Source: Nitrosopumilus sp. (GTDB taxonomy: Archaea; Thermoproteota; Nitrososphaeria; Nitrososphaerales; Nitrosopumilaceae). Taken from it: DNA of 64,000 nucleotides. Location of the stretch: the NCBI GenBank assembly GCA_965214775.1, contig OZ243974.1:2592001-2656000 (forward strand), given 5' to 3'. The translations under genes and the position numbers were made by a program. How positions within the stretch are numbered: position 1 is the stretch's first letter; each line of letters begins with the position of its first letter. Under the pieces are notes generated by a model that worked only from the letters and a program-made list of their open reading frames with translations, had not been told where the DNA came from and did not search any database. Below are positions 46,470 to 55,954 of this stretch, one piece after another.

Positions 46470-48572
46470 GTACAACTTCAGGTCCTTTTTATACTGACTA
46501 GGAAACTTTTTGCCCGGAACTTTTTGATCCTTCCACATATGCTGTGACAGACCCGCTACATCATCACCACACGTCCCTTGTATATGCAAGACCGGCAGCG
46601 CGCAGACAACAGATTATTGGCAGACGGCACCTGCAGGAAACCAGCATTGTCGGATTTGCCAGGCGTTGTTGACTGGCAGACTTGCCTACACAGTCGGATT
46701 CTTTGATATGAAGCTACGGGTTACGCCGTCCCGTAGGCGCCAGACGGATCATGTTGTTATGGGAGCTGCTACTGGTACGACGGCCGTCCGATCCCGGCGT
46801 ACCGCTCCTCCTTCACTGCCTGCGTCATCATCGACTACAGGCGGCCACACCGGCGGCGGCCCGGGACACTCAAAGACGCTGTATCTTGTACCGTCCGTAT
46901 TGACAAGCGAGGACAGCAGGCGCGCATCATCATCATCTCTTGCTTCTGCAAAGACATCCCAGCCCGGATTCCGCAGGTATTTCAAGAGTCCGCCGGCAGG
47001 ATGTATGTTTTGCTTGCGACATGTCATCGAAAATGTCAGCAGTGCAGAAGCCGTCTTTCTTCCACCGTCAGTTACAATCTTGTGGCGTGCATTGCGTTGT
47101 GGTATGATCCCGTCGCGTATGCACCGCTCCGTATCGTTGTTGTGCAGCGGCATTCCCCGATGCGCCAGACACGTAAACATGTCATGTATGGCGTTTAGCA
47201 GGTGTGTACGCACGTGAACGTCCTCATACGGGTTGATTATTTTGTATACTTCCCTGGAAAGCTCCATGCATGTAAGCGGCGCAAGCGTCTTGATTTTATC
47301 TATCTTCCTGTAGAATTCCAGCAGCAAGTCATACCTTTTCTCATTATCGCCTTCGGGCATCTTTACTGCAAGCTTTTCTGCATATGCCAGAAGGTGCCTC
47401 CAGCACCTCTGGATTGTCACAAAGAACAGCTTGTACTGGGCCAGCCCGTCTACGACTATGGGAGTCTTGGGATCCAGCCATCCAAAGTGCGTGTGCAGTA
47501 CCTCGGAGGACCGGGAATCTGCAAAGACCACAAAACACGCCCCCTCGCAGTTGAGCACCCAGACGTATCCCATGTGTCCGTCGCCGCGCTTAAAGCCGGT
47601 CTCGTCCATCTGTATCCACGGCCTGCCCGCAATGAATGACTGTATGCGTTGTATCATGTTTTGTTGAATCGCCTCTGCCACTGCGTGCCGGGCGGCAGTC
47701 ACGGTATTTGGGGCCATCTTGAATCCAAACATATACTGAAAGTACTCTGCAATGTCCTCGTCTGTGTTTCCCTTCTCAAAGAACATCATGATTAGAGAGA
47801 GTGAGACGGGCCCAAGTGACGTGCCGCTTAGAAACGGGGTGGCTGCGATATGCACGGTATTGCACTGTGGACACACCGCGTTTTGGATGATGGCATTGGC
47901 AGTGAGCATGCGCATGGAGTCGTCCAGGTCGTTTACAAGCTTGTGGATCGGCTTGAGCATCCGTAACTGGATGTTGCACTTTGGGCATATTTTGGAGCCA
48001 AGATCGTACCTTAATGTCATTGATGGCCGGTTGCCGTGCGATGTACCATGGTGTCCGCACGGAGGGCCGCGTTTCTTGCCCCGAGCAGCATCGCCGGGAC
48101 TGCCGCCGGGATCCTCGCCCCTTTTCTCCCTGAACTTTCTTCTGGCATCATTGTATAATGACGGCGTGGACGTGGGCATGTTGGGACTCTCATACAGGGC
48201 AAGCCTTGCCTGAAGCTCGGAGTTCTCCTTCTTGACATCAGCATTCTCCTTCTTGACAATAGAGAGTTCTTTTTCCAGCCCGGAGATCTTCTCATCCTGC
48301 TCCATGATCATGACAAGTGCCTTTCCAGGATCCGTACAGTGTGCAAGCACGGCTTTGGAGTCCATATGTTACATCAGACAGGCAAGATCAAAAAAGATTT
48401 CCATCGAAATTCTTTGACCAAGATGCCGATATTATGTCACTCCCGTAAATTCCAAACCTGCAATATCTGATCACAAATGTCTGATGTTCAGCCATGTTCG
48501 GAGGGGCATCTGATCATAAGATGCTGCCCAAAAATGTTTGACTGTCAGTATAAAAAGGACCTGAAGTTGTAC
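46470..48572 (-). mobile_element. IS66-family element, copy 2
   Basis: Perfect 29-bp TIR GTACAACTTCAGGTCCTTTTTATACTGAC; near-identical to copy 1. Confidence 0.95.
46749..48365 (-). CDS. IS66-family transposase
   Basis: Nearly identical to 18598..20220. Confidence 0.93.
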   Translation of the reverse strand: MDSKAVLAHCTDPGKALVMIMEQDEKISGLEKELSIVKKENADVKKENSELQARLALYESPNMPTSTPSLYNDARRKFREKRGEDPGGSPGDAARGKKRGPPCGHHGTSHGNRPSMTLRYDLGSKICPKCNIQLRMLKPIHKLVNDLDDSMRMLTANAIIQNAVCPQCNTVHIAATPFLSGTSLGPVSLSLIMMFFEKGNTDEDIAEYFQYMFGFKMAPNTVTAARHAVAEAIQQNMIQRIQSFIAGRPWIQMDETGFKRGDGHMGYVWVLNCEGACFVVFADSRSSEVLHTHFGWLDPKTPIVVDGLAQYKLFFVTIQRCWRHLLAYAEKLAVKMPEGDNEKRYDLLLEFYRKIDKIKTLAPLTCMELSREVYKIINPYEDVHVRTHLLNAIHDMFTCLAHRGMPLHNNDTERCIRDGIIPQRNARHKIVTDGGRKTASALLTFSMTCRKQNIHPAGGLLKYLRNPGWDVFAEARDDDDARLLSSLVNTDGTRYSVFECPGPPPVWPPVVDDDAGSEGGAVRRDRTAVVPVAAPITT

Positions 48573-48970
48573 TAATCTTGGAACGTTGGGAGGCGTGTTT
48601 TTCTTGCAGCTCTGGCAGAACGGCCTCTTTTTTACGTATTTTGCCTATATTTTGAGATATTTTACGCAGATTCGTTCACAGATGGTTCAGAATTCGCTAA
48701 TTTTGGGGTCAACTCTCTGATCTGAAATACAATTGTAATGCAATACAGCCCACGGCCGCGTTACCCGTCTTGGGGTCACCAGCCAAATAACTTTCTGACA
48801 AAGTCCACAAGCATCCGAGTCCACGATCCTCAGGCACTGCGGACTCTGCTGCCCTTGTACACGTCATGTGATGCCGTCAGCTTTGCATGTATAGTCAGCC
48901 CGCCGTCGGAATATTTTGATCCGGTCGATTACGCATAAGGTCTAGTGTAAAAAAAGAAAGAGATTACAAA

Positions 48971-49555
48971 TCATTCATCAGATAGTTGGGTAAGTTTTTC
49001 TCTTAAATCAGCCTTATCCATAGTTCTTGATTCAAGTATATTTTTTGCCTCTTCACCCTCTAACAGGTATGTCGACTTTGTGACAGATACAGGATGGTAA
49101 GAATCACCCCAGATAGATCCCTCATCTTTACCAAGCAACATAACTACGTTATCTCCTTGTTGTAAGGTAATAGATTCTGTATATGCAGTTATCCCATCTA
49201 AAGTACCACCGTTCATCAACACATTAATAGATTGGTCAACTTTAGCGTCTCCTTTTATGACATGACTTATCTTGATTGCATACTTTGTCTGAATATATGG
49301 ATATTCATCACCAGAGTCTATCTTCCAAAAGGGAGATACTTCTTGTACTGTTCCTTCAATAATTAACAGAGCTCTATCGATTTCAATCTGTTCAGAAATA
49401 TCCTCTTCAATAGAGGACATGCCGATTGTTATTCCGGGATTGTTTGTAGCAAACTCTTTTCCAATTTTATCAGCATCTGGTGTTAATGTAATAAAAGCAA
49501 GTATTGGTATGATTACGGTAATTGCAATTATTGGGAATATTATTTTCTTGTTCAT
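48971..49555 (-). CDS. Membrane-anchored/secreted hypothetical protein
   Basis: N-terminal hydrophobic helix; IIEGTV...VIKGD...GGTLDG; AT-rich. Confidence 0.8.
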   Translation of the reverse strand: MNKKIIFPIIAITVIIPILAFITLTPDADKIGKEFATNNPGITIGMSSIEEDISEQIEIDRALLIIEGTVQEVSPFWKIDSGDEYPYIQTKYAIKISHVIKGDAKVDQSINVLMNGGTLDGITAYTESITLQQGDNVVMLLGKDEGSIWGDSYHPVSVTKSTYLLEGEEAKNILESRTMDKADLREKLTQLSDE

Positions 49556-49780
49556 ATCAATACATACCCCTTATTGTTGCCTTGTCATGACTGTTCAATG
49601 TTCTATCCACATAATTTGTTCCAATATATGCATTCATTGGAGAACCATATGTTGATGTATGGCCATGAATTCCAGCAATAGACTTTATGCGTAATCGGCC
49701 CATCTGATCTAAAAATACGACACAATAGATCATTATTTGCACACCAACAACCCTAAAGATCTGTATGATTCCCTAACTGT

Positions 49781-51052
49781 ATGGGCTCAAATGACAAGAC
49801 TCTCCAAGCATTTCAAGCGTTACAAGCGCAACACGAGATGCTAGTCGAGCAACACGAGATGCTAGTCGAGCAACACGAGATGCTAGTCGAGCAACACGAG
49901 CAGGTATCCAAGCAAAACAAACAGATGTCCAAGCAAAACGAGCGTATGAGGAAGCAGCTTGCGTTTGAGGACTCGTTGTGGCAGTCCGAAGAAAACAAGA
50001 CAAAAAGAGTCGTGCGCGGCGGGACGCCTCTGCGGATGCACGCAATCGAGGTTGCAGACGGCATAATCGGCGATCCGGTGCGCCTTCGCAACGTCACGGG
50101 ATGCACAAAGGAGTCATTTACGATCATACTGGAGCGCTTTACGGAAGAAGTCATGGACGACGAGGACAGACCCCTGTTCTGGGAGGACGACGTAAGAGGC
50201 GGCGATGCCGGAAACCGGTGCAAGCTGTACATCAGGCACGCGCTGCTTGCAGTACTCATGAGCATAAGGACCAAGGCAACGCAGCATCATCTGGCCGCAA
50301 CGTTTGACGTCGACCAGTCCACAATGTCCAGGTACCTCCGGTACGGTGCCGTGTTACTGCGCCGGCTCCTGCCTGCCTCCGAAAAGCTAACAAGCATCAT
50401 CTGCAAGACCCCGGCAGGCAAGCTGGAGGAGGTGCTGATCCCAAAAAAGACGCTCCTGATTGACGGTACCCTGACTCCGGTAGACAGGCCCGGGGACAGG
50501 ACCGCAAGAAAGACCAGATATTCGGGAAGAAAAAAGCGGCACATGTTCAACACGATAATTACCTCGAACCTGGACGGCCTCATACTGCACTGCGGCAAGA
50601 CTGTGGACGGAAGCGTCAACGACAAGGGCGTGATGAACGCAGGGGGCGGCCCGGACTTTGGAAGGCACACCGGATCAATGAGGAATGCAAAAAACGCAGA
50701 CGATCCGGAAGAGGCGTTTGTGATTTACAGCGACCTGGGATTTGAGGGCATTCAAAAGATGCTTCCGGGCGCCATACACAGGCAGCCCCCAAAGAAGCCC
50801 AGGGACGGGGATCTTACTGCAACGCAAAAGAGGCGCCGCAAGCAGATAAGCAGGGTCCGCGTCAGGGTGGAGCACCACATAGGGCGGCTCAAAAGATATG
50901 GCATTCTTACCATGCCGTTTGGCGGAACTGCCAAGGATCTAAACTATTTCATGCAGATAATCACGGGTCTTGAGAACCTCAAGACGATGTTGAAAAGGAA
51001 AAAACACTATGGCCAGCTGCTGCAGCAGCTGCATCTGCTGCCAGACACATGA
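49781..51052 (+). CDS. DDE_Tnp_4-type transposase
   Basis: FDVDQSTMSR HTH, IDGT, YSGRKKRH, DLGFEG, RVRVEHHIGRLK. Confidence 0.9.
   Translation: MGSNDKTLQAFQALQAQHEMLVEQHEMLVEQHEMLVEQHEQVSKQNKQMSKQNERMRKQLAFEDSLWQSEENKTKRVVRGGTPLRMHAIEVADGIIGDPVRLRNVTGCTKESFTIILERFTEEVMDDEDRPLFWEDDVRGGDAGNRCKLYIRHALLAVLMSIRTKATQHHLAATFDVDQSTMSRYLRYGAVLLRRLLPASEKLTSIICKTPAGKLEEVLIPKKTLLIDGTLTPVDRPGDRTARKTRYSGRKKRHMFNTIITSNLDGLILHCGKTVDGSVNDKGVMNAGGGPDFGRHTGSMRNAKNADDPEEAFVIYSDLGFEGIQKMLPGAIHRQPPKKPRDGDLTATQKRRRKQISRVRVRVEHHIGRLKRYGILTMPFGGTAKDLNYFMQIITGLENLKTMLKRKKHYGQLLQQLHLLPDT
49828..49900 (+). repeat. 21-bp tandem repeat, about 3.5 copies, encoding QHEMLVE
   Basis: GCAACACGAGATGCTAGTCGA. Confidence 0.9.
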
Positions 51053-51750
51053 CATACGGCGGTACGGACCGCCATTCTTTCTGACTTGTCAACGGGGCAC
51101 ATTGCCGTGCTGCATGGTTGCGCACGTTCTTTTGGTGCAACTGGCTTTTACGTGCGTCATGACACGAGATGCATGCGGTAATTTGATCCGATCAGCGCAT
51201 TTGCGTTTGGAAAAGCCTACGGAATTTTTAATCACGGTCGATTACGCATAAAGTCTAATATGACCTATTTCGTGAATAGATACTGTTTCATAATCATAAG
51301 ACCACCATCCTTGAGAGACATTAACATCACGAAAATCCTTATTGGAGTTAAACTCTAGTTTTGCATATGACATAGTACCACCATGAGCATACCAAGTAGT
51401 TACTGCCAAATCAGAAGAAAACCAACTAAATGATTTTGATTTAATATCTATATCTCCATTTGAATCATCACGTGTAAAATCCCACTAACTTCCTGAAACA
51501 CTATTCCATACATTAGCAGCATCTTCAAAATCTGTTGCAGGTGTAAAACTTTGATGTGAAATATTGTTCAAAGAGGAATGTATATCAAATGTCATATCTG
51601 TTTGCCAAGTAGATGTATTTGGGTGATCTGCAAACACATCACCAATACTAAATGCCAAAATTATTGTAGTAATCAAAGAAGCAAATAGGATTGTTTTCAT
51701 CGTTTTTGTAGTCATTGCCACATGGAGACCGCGATGCTATATAACCAACA

Positions 51751-51790
51751 TGTTTCATTTGTGTTCATTTGTATTCATTTGTGTTCACTT
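51751..51790. repeat. 10-bp tandem repeat x4 (GTGTTCATTT-like)
   Basis: Seen directly, just upstream of the metalloprotease TATA box. Confidence 0.8.
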
Positions 51791-51834
51791 CAGCTAAGTG
51801 AAATGTGAACGGAATTTGTTGTTTTGTCTTGCTA

Positions 51835-51913
51835 TAGCAACGGGCAGAAGTCTTTGAGTCAAGGTAGGTCATAACTACACGTAAAAAACCTCAATTATTT
51901 CTGCTTGTTGCTA
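51835..51913. mobile_element. MITE family C
   Basis: 79 bp, TA flanks. Confidence 0.9.
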
Positions 51914-51991
51914 TAAAAGGCGTCCATCCGGATTTGCCAAATGGTCCGACAGTGCTACACCCGTTTTGTGCATCGCGTTTTTTTCCAAATC

Positions 51992-52262
51992 ACAACAGCT
52001 CGGACTCTGAAAGTTCAGGAGTGAATCTTGCCGCCGAAGATGGGGGCTGTTTCCTAATTTGCTAGAATTCCTGAAAACCGTCAGTATGTCATATGATCAG
52101 GCGTGCAAAGTGATGAAGATTCAGAAAAACGTGCTGATTGAGCCAGATAAATAGAACTAGGCGACAGCCCTCTTTCTCCCCCCTTCCCTTCCCCGAAGAT
52201 GTGTATTCACAGACGTAGTTTGTGCTCAAAACCGTAAATCACTTCAAGCTCGAGCTGTTATC
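51992..52262. mobile_element. Degenerate MITE A containing nested MITE B (52043-52171)
   Basis: AACAGCTCGGACTCTGAAAGTTCAGG...AGCTCGAGCTGTTA around GGGGCTGTTTCCTAATT...TAGGCGACAGCCC. Confidence 0.75.
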
Positions 52263-52316
52263 TAAATCAGCAAGTTCCTGTTTTTTACCAGCATGACTTC
52301 CTCTTTCTTGCAACTG

Positions 52317-52856
52317 CTAGTGCTTGACTGAAAGAGGGGACTCATCAGACTGTGAGACAAGTTCCAAGATTTTCTCTATGGCCTCCTTGGGAGTGTCGGC
52401 ACCGTGGATCTTGACATTTTTTCTGTGATCAAGATATCCGTCAATGTATTGTTCGACAGATCCTCCGAGATTTCTCATTGCGACCATCGGTTTTTTGTGC
52501 ATATAGGCTGCACAGACCTCAGACAGTGTCCCGGAGCCTCCTCCGACTATGATAATGCCGTCTGCACTAAGCGCGTTCAGGAAGTCCCGTGTCAGCCCCA
52601 TTCCAGTTGGAATGACAATGTCACAGTATTCGTTTGCCAAAGATGCGTCATCCTGGGGAATTATGCCAATACTCAATCCATCAGAATCGCAAGATCCGTG
52701 AGAGGCGGCAGCCATCACTCCGCCCAAACCGCCCGTGATCAAGACAGAGCCTGATCTTGCAACCTCAGATCCGATTTCATATGCAATTCTTTCGTGTTCG
52801 GGAGTGCACCCATTAGTATTGTTTCCAATTACCAAAATCTGCCGTTTTTTTGCCAC
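52317..52856 (-). CDS. LOG/SLOG-family (TIGR00725-like) protein
   Basis: ITGGLGGVMAA, IPTGMGLTR, GGGSGTLSEV. Confidence 0.88.
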   Translation of the reverse strand: MAKKRQILVIGNNTNGCTPEHERIAYEIGSEVARSGSVLITGGLGGVMAAASHGSCDSDGLSIGIIPQDDASLANEYCDIVIPTGMGLTRDFLNALSADGIIIVGGGSGTLSEVCAAYMHKKPMVAMRNLGGSVEQYIDGYLDHRKNVKIHGADTPKEAIEKILELVSQSDESPLSVKH

Positions 52857-53175
52857 AGATTTGATTGAAAGACTGGTTTGAAATAGTTTTTCCCCAGTCC
52901 AGCTAAGTGAAAAGTAAATGAGATTTGTTGTTTTGTCCTGATATTGAGGCATCACGCCTCCTGTCCAGCTTCTGTTTTTACTCGATTTTTTAGTACTTTT
53001 CACTTAGCTGCAGTCTTCCCAAAAGCAATACATAAAGCGATTCTAAAACTCGAAACAGTTCAAACCAAGCTGCCTGCAAACTCACATATGGCCGACTGCA
53101 CCGCGATGAATCGGGTACATTTGGGAAGACTGTTCCCAGAGTAAAGGATATAGGAAAGCGTCACTAACTATCTTT

Positions 53176-53298
53176 ATGGAAAGGCGTTCAATACCAGTAT
53201 GTTTTACAGAAAAACAATACAAGACAATCGAAGGATATGCCAAGAGAAACGGCATGCTCAATGCAAGCCAGGCCCTTGAGAAAATCCTAAAGGAATAA
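53176..53298 (+). CDS. Small ribbon-helix-helix-like protein (40 aa, absent from ORF track)
   Basis: MERRSIPVCFTEKQYKTIEGYAKRNGMLNASQALEKILKE. Confidence 0.6.
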   Translation: MERRSIPVCFTEKQYKTIEGYAKRNGMLNASQALEKILKE

Positions 53299-53364
53299 CC
53301 ACTTTTTGTCATCTTCATTTTTATTTTGTCTACATTTATAGAATAATAATCTGTAGGAGATAGC

Positions 53365-53775
53365 ATGGGACTGTTTAGTAGGAAACCTGCAATATGCACA
53401 GTATGCAGCAAAAAACTTACACACAGACACAAGCCAAAGAGGGAATGGAACATCAAAGGCCCCCTGTGCGGGGACTGTCATTTTGAGAAGCAGAAAGAAT
53501 TCTACGAGGGCAAAGTCAGACAGCCATGTATAGTATGCGGCACAACCAGAAAAATCACCGAACTCTGGGAACCAAGATGGCAGTGGGACATGAATGGACT
53601 GTTGTGCAAAGACTGCTTTGATAAAAAAGAGGAGAACCATGCAAGAAAGAAAGACTTTTGCGCGTTGTGTAGTGGCAAAATGGGATTAATCAGGTACAAT
53701 CCCAAGGGCCATTGGAAAATAGAAGGACAGCTATGCAAAGACTGCTGGAATGAGAAAAAAGCAGAGCTGGGATAA
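53365..53775 (+). CDS. Triple Zn-finger-repeat hypothetical protein
   Basis: Three CxxC...W.I.G.LCxDC units. Confidence 0.82.
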   Translation: MGLFSRKPAICTVCSKKLTHRHKPKREWNIKGPLCGDCHFEKQKEFYEGKVRQPCIVCGTTRKITELWEPRWQWDMNGLLCKDCFDKKEENHARKKDFCALCSGKMGLIRYNPKGHWKIEGQLCKDCWNEKKAELG

Positions 53776-53776
53776 A

Positions 53777-53980
53777 TTGGGTTTTTTTAAAAAAATCAAG
53801 TGTGATGTCTGTGACAAAAAGTTTTCAAAAGAAGAGGAGATGATGAACCACAAGCAAATCATACATGGAAAGGACTTGAAATATGACTGCAAGAAATGTG
53901 ACAGATACTTTTCAAACATGGAAGACATGAGGACGCATCTGCAAAGAGAACACAGCTACAAAAAAGACGCAGACGGCTAG
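53777..53980 (+). CDS. C2H2 zinc-finger protein
   Basis: CDVCDKKF...HKQIIH; CKKCDRYF...HLQREH. Confidence 0.88.
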   Translation: MGFFKKIKCDVCDKKFSKEEEMMNHKQIIHGKDLKYDCKKCDRYFSNMEDMRTHLQREHSYKKDADG

Positions 53981-54180
53981 ACGGCTTTTATGGTTTTTAC
54001 AACCGGAGGTCGAACCTTGGTAAATACCCTAAATCCGCAGATACATTTGATTTCTGGAAGTCTTGACAACTCTGTATTTGAGACCATGGTTCCACATCTG
54101 AGACAGGAATAGTTTACCACGAAGGTTTCGGCGGTATTTTCCTCCATCGAATCAAGGTTTTCTTCGGCCATGTTTGTCAT
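53977..54180 (-). CDS. rpoP: RNA polymerase subunit Rpo12 (P)
   Basis: YSCLRCG...IKCICGFRVFTKVRPP; start uncertain. Confidence 0.9.
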   Translation of the reverse strand: MTNMAEENLDSMEENTAETFVVNYSCLRCGTMVSNTELSRLPEIKCICGFRVFTKVRPPVVKTIKAV

Positions 54181-54207
54181 CAAAATTCCCACAATTTAAG
54201 GATACCA

Positions 54208-54516
54208 CTATGTCAGAGACAGTTCAATATAGACATCATCGGGAATTTTCAGCCTCATCAGTTGTCTGATTGCCTTGTCATCAGCGTTGATGTTGATGAT
54301 TCTTCTGTGCATCTTCATCTCCCATTTCTCATAAGTTTCTGTGCCGTTTCCGCACGGTGATTTTCTGGTTGCAACATGCAGTCGTTTGACAGGAAGCGGG
54401 GTCGGACCCTTGACTTTGACGCCTGTTTTTTTGCCGATGCCCATGATCTCTCCACAAACACCGTCTAATTTTGGTAGGCTGGTGGAGGTGAGTTTTACAC
54501 GGGCGGCTTGCGTCAT
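54208..54516 (-). CDS. rps10: 30S ribosomal protein S10
   Basis: KGPTPLP, RKSPCGNGTETYEKWEMKMHRR. Confidence 0.96.
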   Translation of the reverse strand: MTQAARVKLTSTSLPKLDGVCGEIMGIGKKTGVKVKGPTPLPVKRLHVATRKSPCGNGTETYEKWEMKMHRRIININADDKAIRQLMRLKIPDDVYIELSLT

Positions 54517-54526
54517 TAAAATCCGC

Positions 54527-55825
54527 CTATGGCTTGTACTCTTCGGTAATTTCCTTGACGATCCCAGCTGCGATTGTTGCACCCATGTCTCTGAGAGCAA
54601 ATCTTCCCATTTCTGGAAAATTCTGGAATGTCTCGATCGGAGTTGGTCTTACCGGTCGAATTTTAACAATTGCAGAATCGCCAACTTTGAGGAATTTCGG
54701 GTTTTCTTCCTCAACTGCGCCGGTTGCCGGATTGATCTTTTGCAGAAACTCTGTAACAGTTGCTGCAACTTGTGCGGTGTGCGCATGCATGACCGGGGTG
54801 TATCCTGGTGCGATTGCCGTCGGGTGGTGAATTACAATGATTTGGGCCTTGAATTCTTTTGCAACGTTTGGCGGGGCATCAGGAGTTCCGAGAACGTCCC
54901 CTCTCTTGATGTCCTTCTTTTCAACGCCTCTGAGGTTAAAGCCAATATTGTCACCTGCTTCTGCAGATGGCATCTCTTGGTGATGGGTCTCGATGGATTT
55001 GATTTCGCCTGGAGCGCCAGAAGGCATTACAACGATTTTGTCGCCTGGTTTCATAGTTCCTGTCTCGACTCTTCCTACCGGAACGGTTCCAACACCCGTA
55101 ATGGTGTAAACGTCCTGGATTGGGACACGCAGTGGCTTTCCTACTGGTTTTTCTGCTACTGTAAAGTCATCAAATGCCTCAAGCAGGGTTTTGCCGGAAT
55201 ACCACGGCATGTTTTCAGATTTTTTAACCAGGTTGTCGCCTTTCCATCCGGAAACCGGAATGAATGGCACGTTATCTAGCTTGTAGCCTACAGATTTCAC
55301 TAGTTTTTCGCCTTTTTCCTTGGCTGCTTTAAATGCCTCCTCAGAATAGCTGCTGTCATCCATCTTGTTGATTGCAACGATTAGCTGGTTGACACCGAGG
55401 GTCTTTAGCAGGAAGGCATGCTCCCTTGCCTGTCCGCCTGCTGCAATTGCAGTGTCGGTTTCGCCTTCCTTTGCTGAAAGCACCAGAACTGCCGCATCTG
55501 CTTCAGAGGCGCCAGTAATCATGTTTTTTATAAAGTCCCTGTGACCAGGGGCGTCAATCAAAGTGAAAAAGTACTTTGGAGATTCGAATTTTTGGAATGC
55601 AAGATCGATCGTAATGCCTCTCTCCCTTTCATCCTTTATGTTATCCATTACCCAGGCATACTTGAAAGTATCACCTTTTCCGGTCTTTTCGGATTCAGTC
55701 GCATGGGATGCAATTGTTCTTTCATCTACAACGCCAAGATCCATCAAGAAATGGCCCATGGTTGTCGATTTTCCATTATCAATATGACCTGTAACTATCA
55801 GGTTCAGGTGTGGTTTATCTGCCAT
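54527..55825 (-). CDS. tuf: Elongation factor 1-alpha
   Basis: GHIDNGKST, ERERGITI, DAPGHRDF, NKMD. Confidence 0.98.
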   Translation of the reverse strand: MADKPHLNLIVTGHIDNGKSTTMGHFLMDLGVVDERTIASHATESEKTGKGDTFKYAWVMDNIKDERERGITIDLAFQKFESPKYFFTLIDAPGHRDFIKNMITGASEADAAVLVLSAKEGETDTAIAAGGQAREHAFLLKTLGVNQLIVAINKMDDSSYSEEAFKAAKEKGEKLVKSVGYKLDNVPFIPVSGWKGDNLVKKSENMPWYSGKTLLEAFDDFTVAEKPVGKPLRVPIQDVYTITGVGTVPVGRVETGTMKPGDKIVVMPSGAPGEIKSIETHHQEMPSAEAGDNIGFNLRGVEKKDIKRGDVLGTPDAPPNVAKEFKAQIIVIHHPTAIAPGYTPVMHAHTAQVAATVTEFLQKINPATGAVEEENPKFLKVGDSAIVKIRPVRPTPIETFQNFPEMGRFALRDMGATIAAGIVKEITEEYKP

Positions 55826-55954
55826 ATCAAGTGCCTCACAGAGGCTATTTATTACTGTTATGAATTTTAAAAAAAACCCAGCATTTTTTCAATTGTTTTT
55901 AAATCAAAAGGCTTTGGAAACTACACATAAATCAAAGGGGGAAAATTGGAAATT

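Larger units (their letters stand above)
49680..51256 (+). mobile_element. IS5-family (ISL2/Harbinger-like) element, complete; parent of MITE D
   Basis: TIR AGACTTTATGCGTAATCG; 3-bp TSD AAT. Confidence 0.92.
49557..51721 (-). pseudogene. Secreted matrixin-like (metzincin) metalloprotease split by IS5 element
   Basis: Signal peptide, AANVWN; rejoined YDYETVSIHEIGHIAGIHGH...SPM; further internal stop and frameshift. Confidence 0.75.

Noticed and set aside
54341-55279. 312-aa antisense ORF over EF-1alpha (also 4949..5677, 39424..40173, 43767..44681)
   Set aside because: Antisense shadows of real genes or pseudogenes
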